Below, piece after piece: positions 50,728-64,000 of a stretch of 64,000 nt of DNA (within the stretch, counting starts at the first letter, position 1; each line of letters begins with the position of its first letter). Both the position numbers and the translations under genes were made by a program. Under the pieces are notes generated by a model. That model ran no database searches, had not been told where the DNA came from, and saw only the letters and a list, made by a program, of their open reading frames with translations. Where the stretch lies: assembly GCF_009914755.1 (NCBI RefSeq), contig NC_060947.1; one strand, written 5' to 3'. The DNA is from the human T2T-CHM13v2.0 reference genome, Homo sapiens.

Positions 50728-52327
50728 CCCTCCCCTTCCCCGCTAAAAAGCCCACTGGACAGATGTAAATTTCTGCCTGGCCAGGTGATTGTGTGTTTTG
50801 TGCTACCTCTTGCATTTTATTAGGACCTCCTGGATCTGAAGATAAATAAATGTCCTGGGGAGTATGCACAACATTACTTCAAGGCTGGGAAAGACTTCCA
50901 GTCTTGCAGTAGGCTCAGTAGCCCTCTTGATTAGTAAAAGAATTGGATGAGAAGTCAGAAACCTGGAGATAAGCCTGGCTCTGTGTCTACTTCATTCTGA
51001 GATCTTGAACAAGTCAAATCTCTCTGAACCTCAGCTTCCCTAATTGTAACATGAACATAATTATACTTGATGCTTGTATCTTTTCAGATTTATAAAAATC
51101 AAACTATACTATACATACAATAACAACTATATAATGATAGTTGCTATTTAAAATCTTTTACTCTTCCAGTCACTGAATTAAGCACCTTGCATGGGTTATT
51201 TCCCTTGGTTCTTACAACCCCTCAGGTGGGTATTATTGCACATACTCTTGTATCTCTCCCTACCACTCTATACTCCCTTACACTACTTTTCTTTTTCATT
51301 GTAGAGCCCACATATTTGTTGAATGAATGAATTCAATATATCCCCATTTTACAAATGTGTCTAAAACCCAGAATGGTGAAATCACTTACTTTTATAGAGG
51401 GTGCCTAGACAAGATTCAAACTCCTAGCTATATGCCTCCAGAAATGATACTGTTAAGTAACACACTATTCTGCTTCATTCACACCTTTAATGACCACTTC
51501 TACAATAGTTCCAGGTCTTTTCTGGATGTTGTGAGGGAGAGAAAAGAAATGTTAGGTATGGTCCCTGTATAAGTGAGATTTTAGTGTAAAGGAAAGACAA
51601 ACACATATGAACCACTAATACAAGGTGAATTATTAACTGAGCTGTAAAACTTGTGGTTTGGGCAGTATTTAGTGAAGGAAATAGTAGCGTGGGAAGGCTT
51701 CCCAGGTAAAGTGATACTAAAACTACCATTTGTAGAACTCCTGCTCTGTGCTGTGCACATTATCCCTAGGCCTTACCTCACAAGGAAGACATTATGAATA
51801 ACCTTTCCTTATTGAGAGAACTGAGGTCTGGAGGTACCGTGGAACCTGCCCATGGTCACACAACTGATAAATGACAGAAGTGTAATTTACCATCCAAGTT
51901 GGTGTTTCAAAAAATTGTACCTTTGATACTCCATGCACCAGGGCATGAGCCAGAAAAGATGAAGTGGTTGAAGAGGAGAGAGATGGATAGTTACTTTAAT
52001 TCAAGGGGTCCACGTTTTTCTTATTTTCAAGCTCAGTGCTTCATGAGATGATACTGTGCATGTGGTAGGAGTTCACAGAATGTGGGTGAGCAGCAGAGAA
52101 AATGACTCACACCCTTTGAGGCCCAATATTCAGAGGTCACTGTGGCTCTGTGTCTATTTCTACCCCCATAGCCCACCTTTCTAGACAAAGGTTGAAAGGT
52201 CAGGTTGGAGAAATTTATCAATGTGTAAACATTATCTGAGACCCTCCTGTGTGTATGTGCACCTTGGGCTTACTGAGTTGGAGGGAAGCAGTGGTACAAA
52301 GAGTAAATCCACACAGGCCCTGCTCAA

Positions 52328-52330
<3 letters not shown>

Positions 52331-52371
<41 letters not shown>

Positions 52372-52740
52372 CTATAAGTACTACAAATAAACATAAATGC
52401 ACAGATACATATGGTCACACATTTGTGTATAGCTATACATATGTATATAATATGGCCTTAAGCACAAACGTGAGCACATTGATGTACAACACACAAAATA
52501 TACACACAGAGACATGTAAGCACAGACACACAAAATATGCATGCAAACACACAAATACACATAGACCTGCACATAGACATGAGAAAACAAGCAATGAAAC
52601 ACAGATTCATACACTTAAGCAGGACATAGGTAGATAATACATGCATATAAACATATGAACACTTAAATAAAAACACAGATATAACATACATATACAGAGA
52701 AATACACATATAAACATCAACCTAAAAATACATAGAAAGA
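52331..52740. repeat. (CA)n followed by a degenerate CA/TA-rich low-complexity tract
   Basis: Perfect (CA)n at 52331-52368, then acac/catat-rich decay. Confidence 0.8.
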
Positions 52741-54274
52741 TAAACATGAGGGTTTAGAAGAAAACTAACAATAACAGGCCTTACATATTAAGGGACAAAG
52801 GAATGGCAGAAACTGTTTTGTACAATGGGAGTTGAGAAGTGGTAGCAATCCCTATGGACTTCAGTGGTTTAGGAAAGCTTTCTAGAGGAGCTGGAGTGTG
52901 GGCTGGGATGTGAGATTTGGTTAGCATTGGATAGGCAAAGAGGATGGGGAAAAATTCCAGGTAAGTGGTAGAGAAAGAGCCAAAGTCCAGAGGCAATCAA
53001 AGGCAAGAATGATTCTGATGAACAGGGAGAGTCAGTTGGACTTTAGCTTGGTGTATATTTAGAAAGGCAGGAGAAGAAAAAGCTAAGCCAGATTGTGGAG
53101 GGTATTGAAAATAAGGCCAAAATGCCTAGACTTGATCTTAAAGACTTCTATGGGAGCCGTAGAAACTTCTATGGTGAAACGGGGGCCTGCTGCGGTTGAA
53201 AGCAGCTTCTTAGGACCAAATCTGTTTGCAGAATATCAATGGAATAGGATGGGGAAATTGGAAGCAGAAAACTGAGAGACTAATTAGACTATTGGTTGTA
53301 TAATGCAGTGGAAAGAGCATGGGAATGGGCATTAGGAGACCCGGGTTCATTCACCTCTCTAGGCCTCAGTGTTCCCATCTATACTCTAAAGGTGTCATAT
53401 TCACCCATGGATTTTCAACCTATGTTCTGGGGATCCCTAGGAGTTCTGTAGCAGGGAAGAGGAAGGGAATAGACAGAAATTTAGGTGACTGGATTTCAAC
53501 CAATGGTGTACTAGAGACAACTTAAATTCTAAGAGCTGATTGTGTGAATTTATTCCTAACTCTGTGTTTAGTGACATTGTGTTGGTAGTTTGAAAGAAGC
53601 CATGATGAAGATATTTACAAGACCCTAGACGTAAGACCAGGCATATAATAGGTATTGAATAAATGCATATAATGCACTTTTGATGTTTCTGACACTGTTC
53701 TAGGTCCTGGGGGATATAGTAATAAAGAAACAGACATGAAACTTAAATTTTAATAGAAAGAAAAAAGTTTAAAAAACAACCAAGCAAATATCAAAAGGAA
53801 AATCAATCATTATATAATTATATATTATATGGCTCAGCCATGATATACCAGTAACATAAACACTGAATCTTGCTCTCACCACCAACATTGTCTATAAATA
53901 ATTTATTTATTAATAATAAGTTGTGGAATATGAAGACAGGAAATACTCATATATGTATGTGCAGGACTTGGGTGAATAGAGGTGAGGGAGTGAATTAGAG
54001 CTAGATTTTTAAGAATAACAATAGCAATATGAGCATGTTATTCAGAGATATGAAGTCAAACCCTGGCCAAAAAAAAAAAAAAAAAACAGCTAACAAAGTT
54101 GAAAATGATTGTCTTGGGGAAGGGGAAATATTTTAACAAGCTTCATAGAAAGATTTGATTTTCTTGATTATGTCTATCTAGCTAACAAATATGTATATTG
54201 TATATAATATGTCAAATGTTGATGAGTACCATGAAGTAAAATAAAGCAGAGCTATGGGATAGACAGTGTAAGAG

Positions 54275-54803
54275 TGTGATAGGCAGAGTACTAAACCCCC
54301 AAAGATGTCCGTATACTAATCCCCAGAACCTGTGAATAAGTTAGGTTACATGGCAAAGGAGAATTAAATTTGCAGATGGAGTTAAGGTTGCAAATCAATT
54401 GACCTTAACATAGGGAGATTATTTTGGATTACCCAGGTGGGTCCACTGCAATCACAAGAGTCCTTAAAAGTGGAAAAGGGAGGCAGAGGAGTCAGTTAGG
54501 TAGGGGGAAATGTGACTATGGGAGAAAGGCACAAATAGGTGTAACACTGCTAACTTTGAAGATGGAGGAAGGGAAAACATGTGTCAAGGAAAAGGGGTGG
54601 CCTCTAGAAGCTTGAGAGAACAAATAAATGGATTCTGCCCTAGACCCTAGAGAAAGGAATGCAGTCCTCTGACATCTTCATTGTAGCTCAATATGATTCA
54701 TGGCAGACTTCTGACCTCCAGGACTGTATGATGGTTAATTTATGTTGCTTTAAGCCAGTAAAGTTGTTCTAATTTGTTATGACAGTGATGTAACACTAAT
54801 ACA
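54275..54803 (+). mobile_element. MLT1D-like solo LTR
   Basis: tgtgataggcagag...cccccaaagatgtcc...taatccccagaacctgtgaat...ggattacccaggtggg ... aacactaataca. Confidence 0.85.
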
Positions 54804-56946
54804 GAGAGTAACGAGATAGCATGTATTCTCAGAGGAAATAATATTTGAACAAACCTGAATGAAATATGAGAGTAGGCTTAGCAGATATCTGAGGAAAGAT
54901 AATTCCAGGCATGGAGGACTGCAAGCGCAAAGACTTTGAGGCAAGAACATGCCTAGAATGTTCAAAGAGGTGGGTTTGGAGCAGAGGGAGTGAAGGAGAA
55001 AATTGGGAGAAGATAAGATGGGAACGGAAAAGGGTGAGGGAGAGTATATTATGCAGGTTCTTGTAGGGCATTTAAATGATTTTAACTTTTATTCTGAGAT
55101 AAGGAACAATTGGAGGGATCTGAACAGGAGGATGAGACAATCTTATTTGTGTTTTAAAAGGATTGCCCTTACTTCTCTATTGTAGAATATAGATGAGCAA
55201 GAGTAGAAGCAGGGGTACCAGTCTGGATTTGCAACAAATGAGTAAATGCAGGACAGTGACAGTGAAATCAGAGTATAAGGGGTGGATGCCAGAGACTGTG
55301 GAAAGAAGAGTGACTAGGTTTTGGTTATGTGGCAGAGTGAATCATGGCTAAGTGGAAAGCATAAATACTACTCATGTTGTAGATATGGCTGTCCTGGGCA
55401 ACAATAAGGCCATAAACAGAGCTCAGAAAGTGTTCAAGGGGAGGGGTTATTTTTAGCAGAAGACAGTTTGGGATTAGCCATGTGGAAACAGAGATGATGG
55501 GACTCCTGCAGTGAGATGTCCTCATAGGGTGAAGAAGGTAGGACTGGAGTTCAGGGGAGATCATGCCTAGAGGGAGAACTTTGACAATCATTCAAAGACA
55601 TGTGATGGTGAAGCCATGGGAGATTGTCATATCCCTCAGTATAGGAAAGTGCAGAAAGAAGCAGGTATCTAAGGATGGAGAGCTGAGAGTTCTATGTGGC
55701 ACTCAACTCTCTCCTTCACCACCAATTCTAGATCCATACTTAAAATCACAGAAAGTCAGAGCCTACAGGACCCTTTGAGACCACAATGAGTCCTCCTCCT
55801 TCGCCTTGACTTCACAGGGGAAAAACATGAAGCTTAGTGATGGAATAGAATGTGTTTAATGATACACAGTGAAGATCAGTGGCAGAGGTAGGACTAGAAC
55901 CCAGACTACCTTTATTTACATCACACTGCCACTCGTGCTGCTACATCCTCTAATTATGCAGGTTCTAAGAAATTACCCTCAAAAATGCATTTGGGAGAGG
56001 CCATTTCTAGACTGGACAGAGTGGAGCTGCTTTGTCCTTACTGAGCCCTAGTTGCTCTCTCTGAAGTGAAAAGCTAATAGTATTAATCAGTCAACTAAAA
56101 CAACCAAGAGTGTACTTGAAAATCAAGCTGGGATCCATTGGTTACATGCATGCATGCAGAATGGAAAACAAACAAAAAATAAACTATATGCCACCGCCCT
56201 TATTTTTGATTGAACAATAAGAAGCAGTGTTTTTTGAGCTCTGGTTTTTAAGGTGACAGAAAAAGAGGAAGTGAGACAGTTGTGGCTGTGAGTGGGTGGA
56301 TGTGATACATAAACTGAAAAAATTTTGTCATTTTCCTACTTCCACCCACTCTACCTACTGACTTGGAGAGTTCAACAAACAACAGCCTAGGAAGATCCCT
56401 GGTAGGCTAAGCCTGCAAGCCTTTTTCCTGGTTCCTCTTAAATGGACTTTCAATTTAAATCCAATTAATTTCATCAAAAGACTCGAGTACTTACTGTGTA
56501 TGTCAGGCTTGTGTTAGGGACCTTACAAAAATTTTCTCCTTCATTCCTTCATAGTAGCTTTATGAGAAAGGTACTAATTTATTCACATTTTACAAAGCGT
56601 GTAAGGCTCAAGGCCTGGGCTCCAAATTTAATTTGAAATGGAGCTGGGAATTGAACCTATACGGTTTAAGGATAGAGTCCATGTTCTGGCTACCACTATC
56701 CAATACTGACTCTTGTACTATGAGTTTTATCTCTGTAACTCTAGGCCCAGCCAAGGGACTCATATGTGTCAGGTTCCGTCTGTTAGGTATAACCAAATTG
56801 AATGTAGAAGGTACTATCCTAGGAGGTTAAACTAATATAAAACTACAAGGAAACAAAGATCCAAATTCCCCTCAGAGTCAGGAAAGGCTTTGAGGGGGTA
56901 GGTCATGGCATTTCCAGTATACTTTGAGGATTGGGTAGGTCTTTTT

Positions 56947-57103
56947 CCTTTTCCATTTTTTTTTTTTTGAGACAGAACCTCCCTCTTTTTCCCAGGCTGG
57001 AGTGCAGTGTCATGACCACCGCTCACTCCAGCCTCAAACTCCTAGGCTCAGCAATCCTCCTCCCTCAGCCTCCTGAGTACCTGGGACTATGCACACCATC
57101 AGT
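56947..57103 (-). mobile_element. Alu monomer (FRAM/AluJ right arm) with TSD GTAGGTCTTTT
   Basis: Poly-T, ttgagacag, cccaggctggagtgcagtg, cctcagcctcctgagta; gtaggtctttt on both sides (~56936 and ~57104). Confidence 0.8.
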
Positions 57104-57429
57104 GTAGGTCTTTTATAGGAAGAGTTAAGAGCAAATAAGGAGGTTGTTCCAAATGGAAGTTCAGGGTGAAGCAGGACGACTTTTGTACAGTTGAATAACT
57201 TCATTTTTAGCATCTCTAGCCTTGACTAGTTTGCTAGACTGCAGACCCCAGATGTGAGGCAGCTGTTTTCTTCAGGACAGGATTTGACCTATGCTATACC
57301 CAAATGCATGTAATACAAAAAATGTAATAACATTTCTGCTGTACTAATCTTATGTTTGCTTTCCCTAAGCACATACTATCTGGAGGATTTCAAGGCATCC
57401 ATGCCCATATTAGTAGGTGGAAACAAATA

Positions 57430-57712
57430 AGCCAGCATTAAAAGTTCTCCAAAAAATAGGCAAATTAATCTAGAGTCATAAAGTAGGTTTATTGCTGCAT
57501 GGGGTTAGGATAAATTTCTGCTTAGGGCCAGTGAAAAAATGGGAAGTGACTGCTAATGGGTATAAGATTTCTTTCTGGAGTTGTGAAAATATTCTAAAAT
57601 TGATTATGGCAAAGGTTACACAGCTCTGTGAATATACTAAAAACCACTGAACTGTACACTTTAAGTGGGTAAAGTTTATGTTCTATAAATTATATCTCAA
57701 TGAAGCTGTTGA
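57430..57712 (+). mobile_element. L1MB-type 3' end
   Basis: gactgctaatgggtataagatttctttctgg...ctgtgaatatactaaaaaccactgaactgtacacttt...aattatatctcaat. Confidence 0.8.
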
Positions 57713-58059
57713 AAAATTCATTACAGTTTTGGAAAAAGTTTTAATGGCTTGGGAAAAAGTTTAAGTAATAAACTTTTAAGTAATAAACTGTTAAGTAATA
57801 AAGCAGAATATGAAATTGTACATAAGCCATAATCCAAACTAGGTTAAAAGTATGACGAGCTTGCAGATAATGTTTAATTTTTTTCTTATAATTTTTTGTA
57901 TTTTCAAATTTTTCTAATAATCATATATTTTCTTTAATAATTTATTTTTATAATTTTCTTCAAGTATGCATCAGATATATATTTTAATTGGTAGACCTAA
58001 AATAATTTTTCTTTTGTACTTTTTACTTTGTTCCATTTTCTGATTTTCTACAATTAAAA

Positions 58060-58800
58060 TGTACAATTTTAATAATCAGACAAAACGAATGCATTTGAAA
58101 ATACCATAAAATATCCATTATACATTATAGCATCTACAAATAAGTAAGAATAATTTAAGTCAACTAATGAAAGAATGAACACTCAGGAGACAATTTGCAC
58201 CAGAAGTAATATGTTTGGCTAGTGAACACATAGAAATATGCTAAACCTCACTTATAATAGCCAAAGTATAAAAACAATTGATGCTGCCCATTTTTGTTGA
58301 AGGTGTAGGGAAAAAGACACTTTCATACAGGGATGGTTGGAGTTTAGACTGTTGCCACCACTCTAGAAAGTAATTTGATAATACCTATTAAGATAAAAAA
58401 ATTTTACTGAGCAATTAAAGTTTTAGGATGTTATTCAACAGAAACATTTACACTAGTGTATGATGAAATACAAGATGTTTATTGCATCATCGATGGTAAT
58501 ATGGAAAACTTAGAAGCAACTTAAATGCCTATCAATAAAAGATCGCTTAAATAAATGTTAGTTCATCAATATACTGAAGAATACTACAAAGCTATTAAAA
58601 AGAATGGGGGTAGTTTTATATGTACACATACAGAAAGATGCCTACAACATATTATAGATGAAGAAAGTAAAATTTAAACAAGAATGTATGAGTCCATTTT
58701 TGTTGAAAAATATAGGTTAATATATGCATAGAAAAATTCTGTGAAGGGCAGACAACAAATTGTTTTCTGTGGGGTAGGTTTATGGGGGACTTTCAGTTTC
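58060..58800 (+). mobile_element. L1ME-type fragment
   Basis: aaggtgtagggaaaaagacactttcatac; gatgtttattgcatcatc; aagcaacttaaatgcctatcaata. Confidence 0.6.
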
Positions 58801-60712
58801 AACAAAAAAGGAAAACTGAGTTTTAATCCTAGATTTTCTAATTACTAAGGCATGAGGCCTTATATAAGTTGGTTTCCATTTTCTCATATGTAATGGGGCT
58901 AAAATTTGTATGTATTTCATAAAGTTACCTTGAAGATAACTAATGTAACTAATAAATATCAGTTATTTAAAATGTAAGCAATAAATATCAGTTATTTTGC
59001 TTTATACTACAATTTTTAATAATTTTTACACATTGTTTCTAAAATCAGAAGAGAAGGTAAGAAGATTGACAATCCACGTTCAAATAATGGTTTGGTGACT
59101 TTGTCAGAGTAGCAAGTAAGATGAGCAGAAACTGTATTAAACCTCCCCATGAGGAACAGAATATCTGGTAACCTACAAAGGAGCTCCCCAGATAGGGAAA
59201 GCCTTAGATCTCTATTCTTAAAATTTACTGGAAACTGAAGCATTTTTACATGCATTATCCCAAATCTGTCAGTTATTATTACTCTATAGATAAAGCAGAG
59301 TCTCTGAAGTTAACTAACTTCCCCAAAGTCACACATCGTGGAACCATGAATCTTACCAGGTTCTGTGTGACTCCAAATTTGTGCTCTTTCATATTGCACA
59401 ACACTGTCCAGATTAATTCAAGTGGAGAGTGAACTTTTTCTGGTACATCCCTTAGTCTCTTGCACAGCCATTGCCTTTCACACACCCAGACTGTTTCTTT
59501 GCTTTAGGGACTGGAAAGTGGAAGTGGAACCCCCTATGTTCTGTCCTGGGATATTTCCGGGGTGAGCCAAGAGTAGCTGTGTGTCCTGCTAGGTCATGGA
59601 CTTTCACTGACCACAGAAGTTGAGAACCCTTGAGCAAACTAAATTCTTATATCTTACTGGTTTGGGAGCAAAGCAGAAGTGGCAAAAGCTGACAAAACCC
59701 AGCTGGAGCAGGAATGTTGAAATGGACACAAATAAACATACCCTGTGGACACAATCAATATAAATGTTCTAAATTTACTTCTGCTCCTATGCTTATACTT
59801 TCTGTTACCTTGTAGCTAATCTTGGAGGTACTAGATACTCTTCCCTTCTCTTTTGCCCCATCTTTCAGGTGCCTAATTGTGCTATTCTCCTCTTCATCTT
59901 CATAGTCAAATTTCTCATTGAGGGTCTGTGTAGCTCACAGCTGGACTACTACAAATGTCTTCTCTTGGGCCTACCTATCTCAAATTTATGTTTAAATGTG
60001 TCCCAAACACTCTATTTTGATTATCTTTTCTCAGTCCTCAAAATGCTTCATCAACTCCTCCTCATGATCTGGCTTTATTATCTGGGGACTTAAACCTGGA
60101 CTTATGCAGTAGACGGGCAGATAAAAGTAGGAAACATAAATATAATTTACTTCTAATTTTTACTATCTGCTAGAATATAAGCTTTATGAGGTAGAGATTT
60201 TGTGTATTTCATTTACTGGTATGTTGCAAGTGCCTAGAAATAGGCTTGAAACCTTGGGAGCTCAACAAATATTTATTGAATGGGTGAATGTATAAACATT
60301 CTAAGATCTTGTAGTTAATTTTCTTCCTTTGTAGTACTCAAATAGGAGTCAAATCTGCCATGTAAAATTTAGAGGTCATATATTCCAAGGAATAAGACTC
60401 TACAAGTTTTCTTGAAAGCACTGTCCAATTTATAAAACTGCTCACTGCTAGGGAATGTATTCTTTTGTTCATGTTATTCATTTAGTTCCCACATGCCTAC
60501 TCTGTGCCTGACCCTGAGCTGGCACTGGAAATACAAAAATGAGTACAAAACATTACTGCTTTCAGGAAACCCAAAATCCAGAGTAAAACACAGACACATG
60601 ACAACTAACTAGAATTTTAGGCCACACATAGTAAGTGCCCTGTAATATATACTAAATAGTCCAGGGGTAGAAAGGAGAGAGATCACCTTCAATTTTGGAA
60701 TCAGAAAAATCC

Positions 60713-61038
<326 letters not shown>

Positions 61039-62220
61039 CTAAGCCCATTATAGTCTTAGCAGGTGCCAAATAAGGTGTTGTTTGGCATAGCTTCCAATAT
61101 TACAGACTGCAAAGATATCCCCTTCCCCAAGTACTCCCTCCCCAAGTCCTTCTTCTCTGTAGTATATAATCCCAGTTCCATTAGCCTTATTTTACAGATC
61201 GTGGTCTCATGGCCCAGAACACTTTTTGAGAGTACTTACTAGGTTTTCTTCCTAAGTACTAACTATTCTAGTAAGCTGTTATAGTCAACCCCATGACTGC
61301 GGAGTTGGGAAATTCAAGCACTCACTGAGGGTGTGCTGACTTAGGTGGAAAAATGTCCTGAATAACCTAATAGTGAAATCAGCCCTTCACTCCCATGGAG
61401 CAACTAGGGTGGTGTAGCAATGTGTGTAACTGTGGAACAGAGAAGACATGTGGAAATAAACAAGACAGACTTACAAGGAGTCACCAGAGTGCCAGAGTTG
61501 CAGAGGTCACCACCATTTGCACATCGTTCATTGACTTGGTCACTGTCACCTAGATGAAGAGTGTTGACATTAAATATTAAATTTAATTAATATGATTCTT
61601 TGTAAGACTTTGTAAGACTGTTCCTGGCTGGCACTACTGAGGTTGTGCCAGCAGATCTAAACAGGCATGCAGATCTAAAGGCCGAGATACCTGGGGCAAA
61701 CTGGCTTAATGGAACTGTACTGATGCTGAGCCATGTGAGGAGGTGCAAAGTGTCAAACAGTAGATGCTACCTTTTCAATATACATGAATCACTTAACTCA
61801 AATGCAGCTGCTGCTCATCTCCATTTTGGAAGCTATTCCAAGGAAAAATTCAGTTAATAGTATTTTCATCTGGCTGTCTTCCTTTGCTATAATCTCTTGA
61901 AGTGAGAGTTATATATCACTGATATGTAAAACATATATGTTATATATATATATGTGACATTTTCAAGAGCACTTCATTTTTCCAAAGGCCTGATAAACAC
62001 TTTATATCTTTCTGGTACTTGGAAGAAATGTGTACTTCTCATGCTATGTTGGGCACATGTCCATGCTGCTGCTGGTTGATGGAGCTTTAAGGGTTGGTTT
62101 GGTTCCTACTACTTCAGGGTAGGTTCTCAAATTTATGGATCCAAGCAGTCACCATTATCAATTCTGATGGTGTCAAATTAATCAAAGGTGTAAAACAGTG
62201 TCTCTCAGTCTTGGCTACAC

Positions 62221-64000
62221 TTTATTTTTTATTTTATTTTATTTTATTTTATTTTATTTTATTTTATTTTATTTTATTTTTTACCAACAGGAGATGCAGT
62301 TTATTTACAAAAGCAGCCATGGGGGCAGAGGGAATACATAGCATTTACAGAGTTAGCTACCTGTACAGAATGAATTACATATGCAAAAATAAAAGTCTCA
62401 AGATGACAGGACAGCGTAAGCTCCACTCCCCTCCCTCAATCACCCCAGCATGTGGTAATGCCAGGCCGGTGGCCCCTGAGTATGTGGGGGTGGGGGGGTG
62501 GGAGTGATGCCTGGAAGGAAAAGCCACTGGCCATGGAAATTAGCACAGAATCATACCCCCAACCCCTCCCCCGCCCCCCCCCCCCCACACACACACTCAG
62601 ACACATGATAGGATACAGACAAAGGGCAGATGACACCTAGCTGGGATGGGAAGGATAGGAATTGAAGTCTACACAGCCTGCTGTAAGAGGGAGGGGAGTG
62701 GGAAGCTCCTAGCCACTGTTCAACTACATGGTAAGGGGGAATTCTTTTTTCCGAAGGAAAAGGGTTTGTTCCCTCAGGGTCCCTGCTGGAGCAAGCCCAT
62801 TTCTTACCCAGCCTAGGCAGGGGACTCTGCCCTGAGGGTGGGCCAAGAAACAATGGGGAAGTTTATGTGGACAAACCAGTTCCCAAACTACTTCCCACTT
62901 CTCCCTCCTCTAACCAGAAGGGGGAAAAAGAGGAAAGAGGAGAGAAAAGGGTGTATTATGGCCTGAGTTGCAGCTGCCTTTCAGAAGGGAGAGTAACCCA
63001 TAGCCTTCCTCCCTTCACCTTCAGCCTACTCCCAAGACTGCATCTGGAAGGAGGCTGGAGGGCTGGTGAGATTCTCCTCTATCTCTGGCCTCCCTGGGAG
63101 GTAGAAGGCTATGGGGCCAAGAACAGAGGAGCCCAGGCCCCAGGATTTATTCTAACTTCCGCTAAAATCTGTTTTTTAAAAAATAATCACAATTTGTGGG
63201 TAAAAAACTGATTTGTAACCAGGCATCAGACACCATCAGAATCACCCTAGGGGGACAGTGGGGTTCCAAACAGGGCGCTGTAGCCCCATCTCTGTTGTTC
63301 CCTTAACCCTCTAGGATCCCTAACCTGATCAGTCCAACCAATCCTGGGTACTAACTACCCAAATGTAGGATGACTCCTCTTGGGAAGAGGGCAGGGGACA
63401 TGTCCAGCAAGTGCCAGAGAACTTGGCTCAGGATCACCTCTACCCATGTCAGTCAGCTCTGCTCTCAGCCCAGGTTGTGGTCCTCCAGCTTGGCTCCTGG
63501 GAGTAGTGGTGCCCGCATAGAGGGGGGATGGAATATCTCTTCAGGATGTAGACAAGGCAGGTGGGCACACTGGCATTTGACAGTCCCACAGAAGGGCAAT
63601 GATACCCCTTCCCCTCCACTGACAACCCAGAACACAGAGGCCACCCTCTCTTCCCACATAACTCCTAGCAAAGGGGGAAGAGGCACGAGATTAAGATTTT
63701 CCTCAGAGTCTCAAACCACAAGTACAGAATAAACAACTTAAAAGCACTAAGGAAGAGAAATGGGGGGCTTTCGAGGCAGGAGCACTGAGATAGGAAGACA
63801 AGCCAGTCAAGGTGAAGCGGGTTGGCAAGCAGCAGTTGGGGACTTGGGCTGCCCTGGTAGGGCAGTGGGGCAGGGTGGGTAGGAGGAACACAGGGCCACC
63901 CCAGGAGAGTGAGGCTGGGCCCCTTCCTGGGGCAGGGAATGAGGTAAGAAAACATTGCAAATAAAGCAACACAGTTCCCTCTCACCTTGGGGCAGCACTC
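62221..64000 (-). pseudogene. Processed pseudogene 3' UTR plus poly(A) tail; continues beyond the window (possibly ATXN7L3-derived, parent not verified)
   Basis: (TTTTA)n tail at 62221-62282, AATAAA on minus (tttatt 62300-62305) 17 nt from the tail, and an abrupt switch to GC-rich, repeat-free, UTR-like sequence. The parent gene is a recollection of the locus neighbourhood, not derived from this sequence. Confidence 0.75.

Noticed and set aside
52218-52709. Cluster of overlapping ORFs up to 138 aa (His/Thr- or Val/Cys-rich)
   Set aside because: Artefact of CA/TG low-complexity sequence that lacks stop codons.
58951-58997. 18-bp direct repeat aataaatatcagttattt (similar short repeats at ~37750 and ~57770)
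   Set aside because: Ordinary short slippage duplications in decayed repeat sequence; no further structure.

Overview
Human-type (primate) genomic DNA from the Xq12 MIR223/VSIG4 locus, not microbial DNA. The complete 8-exon VSIG4 (CRIg, complement receptor of the Ig superfamily) gene is on the minus strand. ATG is at 49209 and the stop at 30759; the exon CDS lengths I read sum to exactly 1200 nt = 399 aa + stop. It converges tail-to-tail with the plus-strand MIR223 host transcript (pre-miR-223 at 27366-27475). The rest is mostly old repeats (L1, L2, MIR, CR1/L3, MaLR and MER21 LTRs, Alus, hAT MITEs, microsatellites), and the window ends in the 3' UTR and poly(A) tail of a processed pseudogene. 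Nearly all ORFs in the supplied track are spurious. I see no novel multi-gene system. The most unusual observations are: (1) a ~1.7 kb AT-rich tract in VSIG4 intron 1 bracketed by a perfect 38-bp inverted repeat (PATRR-like); (2) a perfect 16-bp hairpin in the pri-miR-223 transcript whose 9-nt loop holds a miR-223-3p seed match; (3) a three-way C-terminal splice choice in VSIG4 (399/347/321 aa); (4) two young tandem duplications inside old repeats. Repeat boundaries and subfamilies were read by eye and are approximate.
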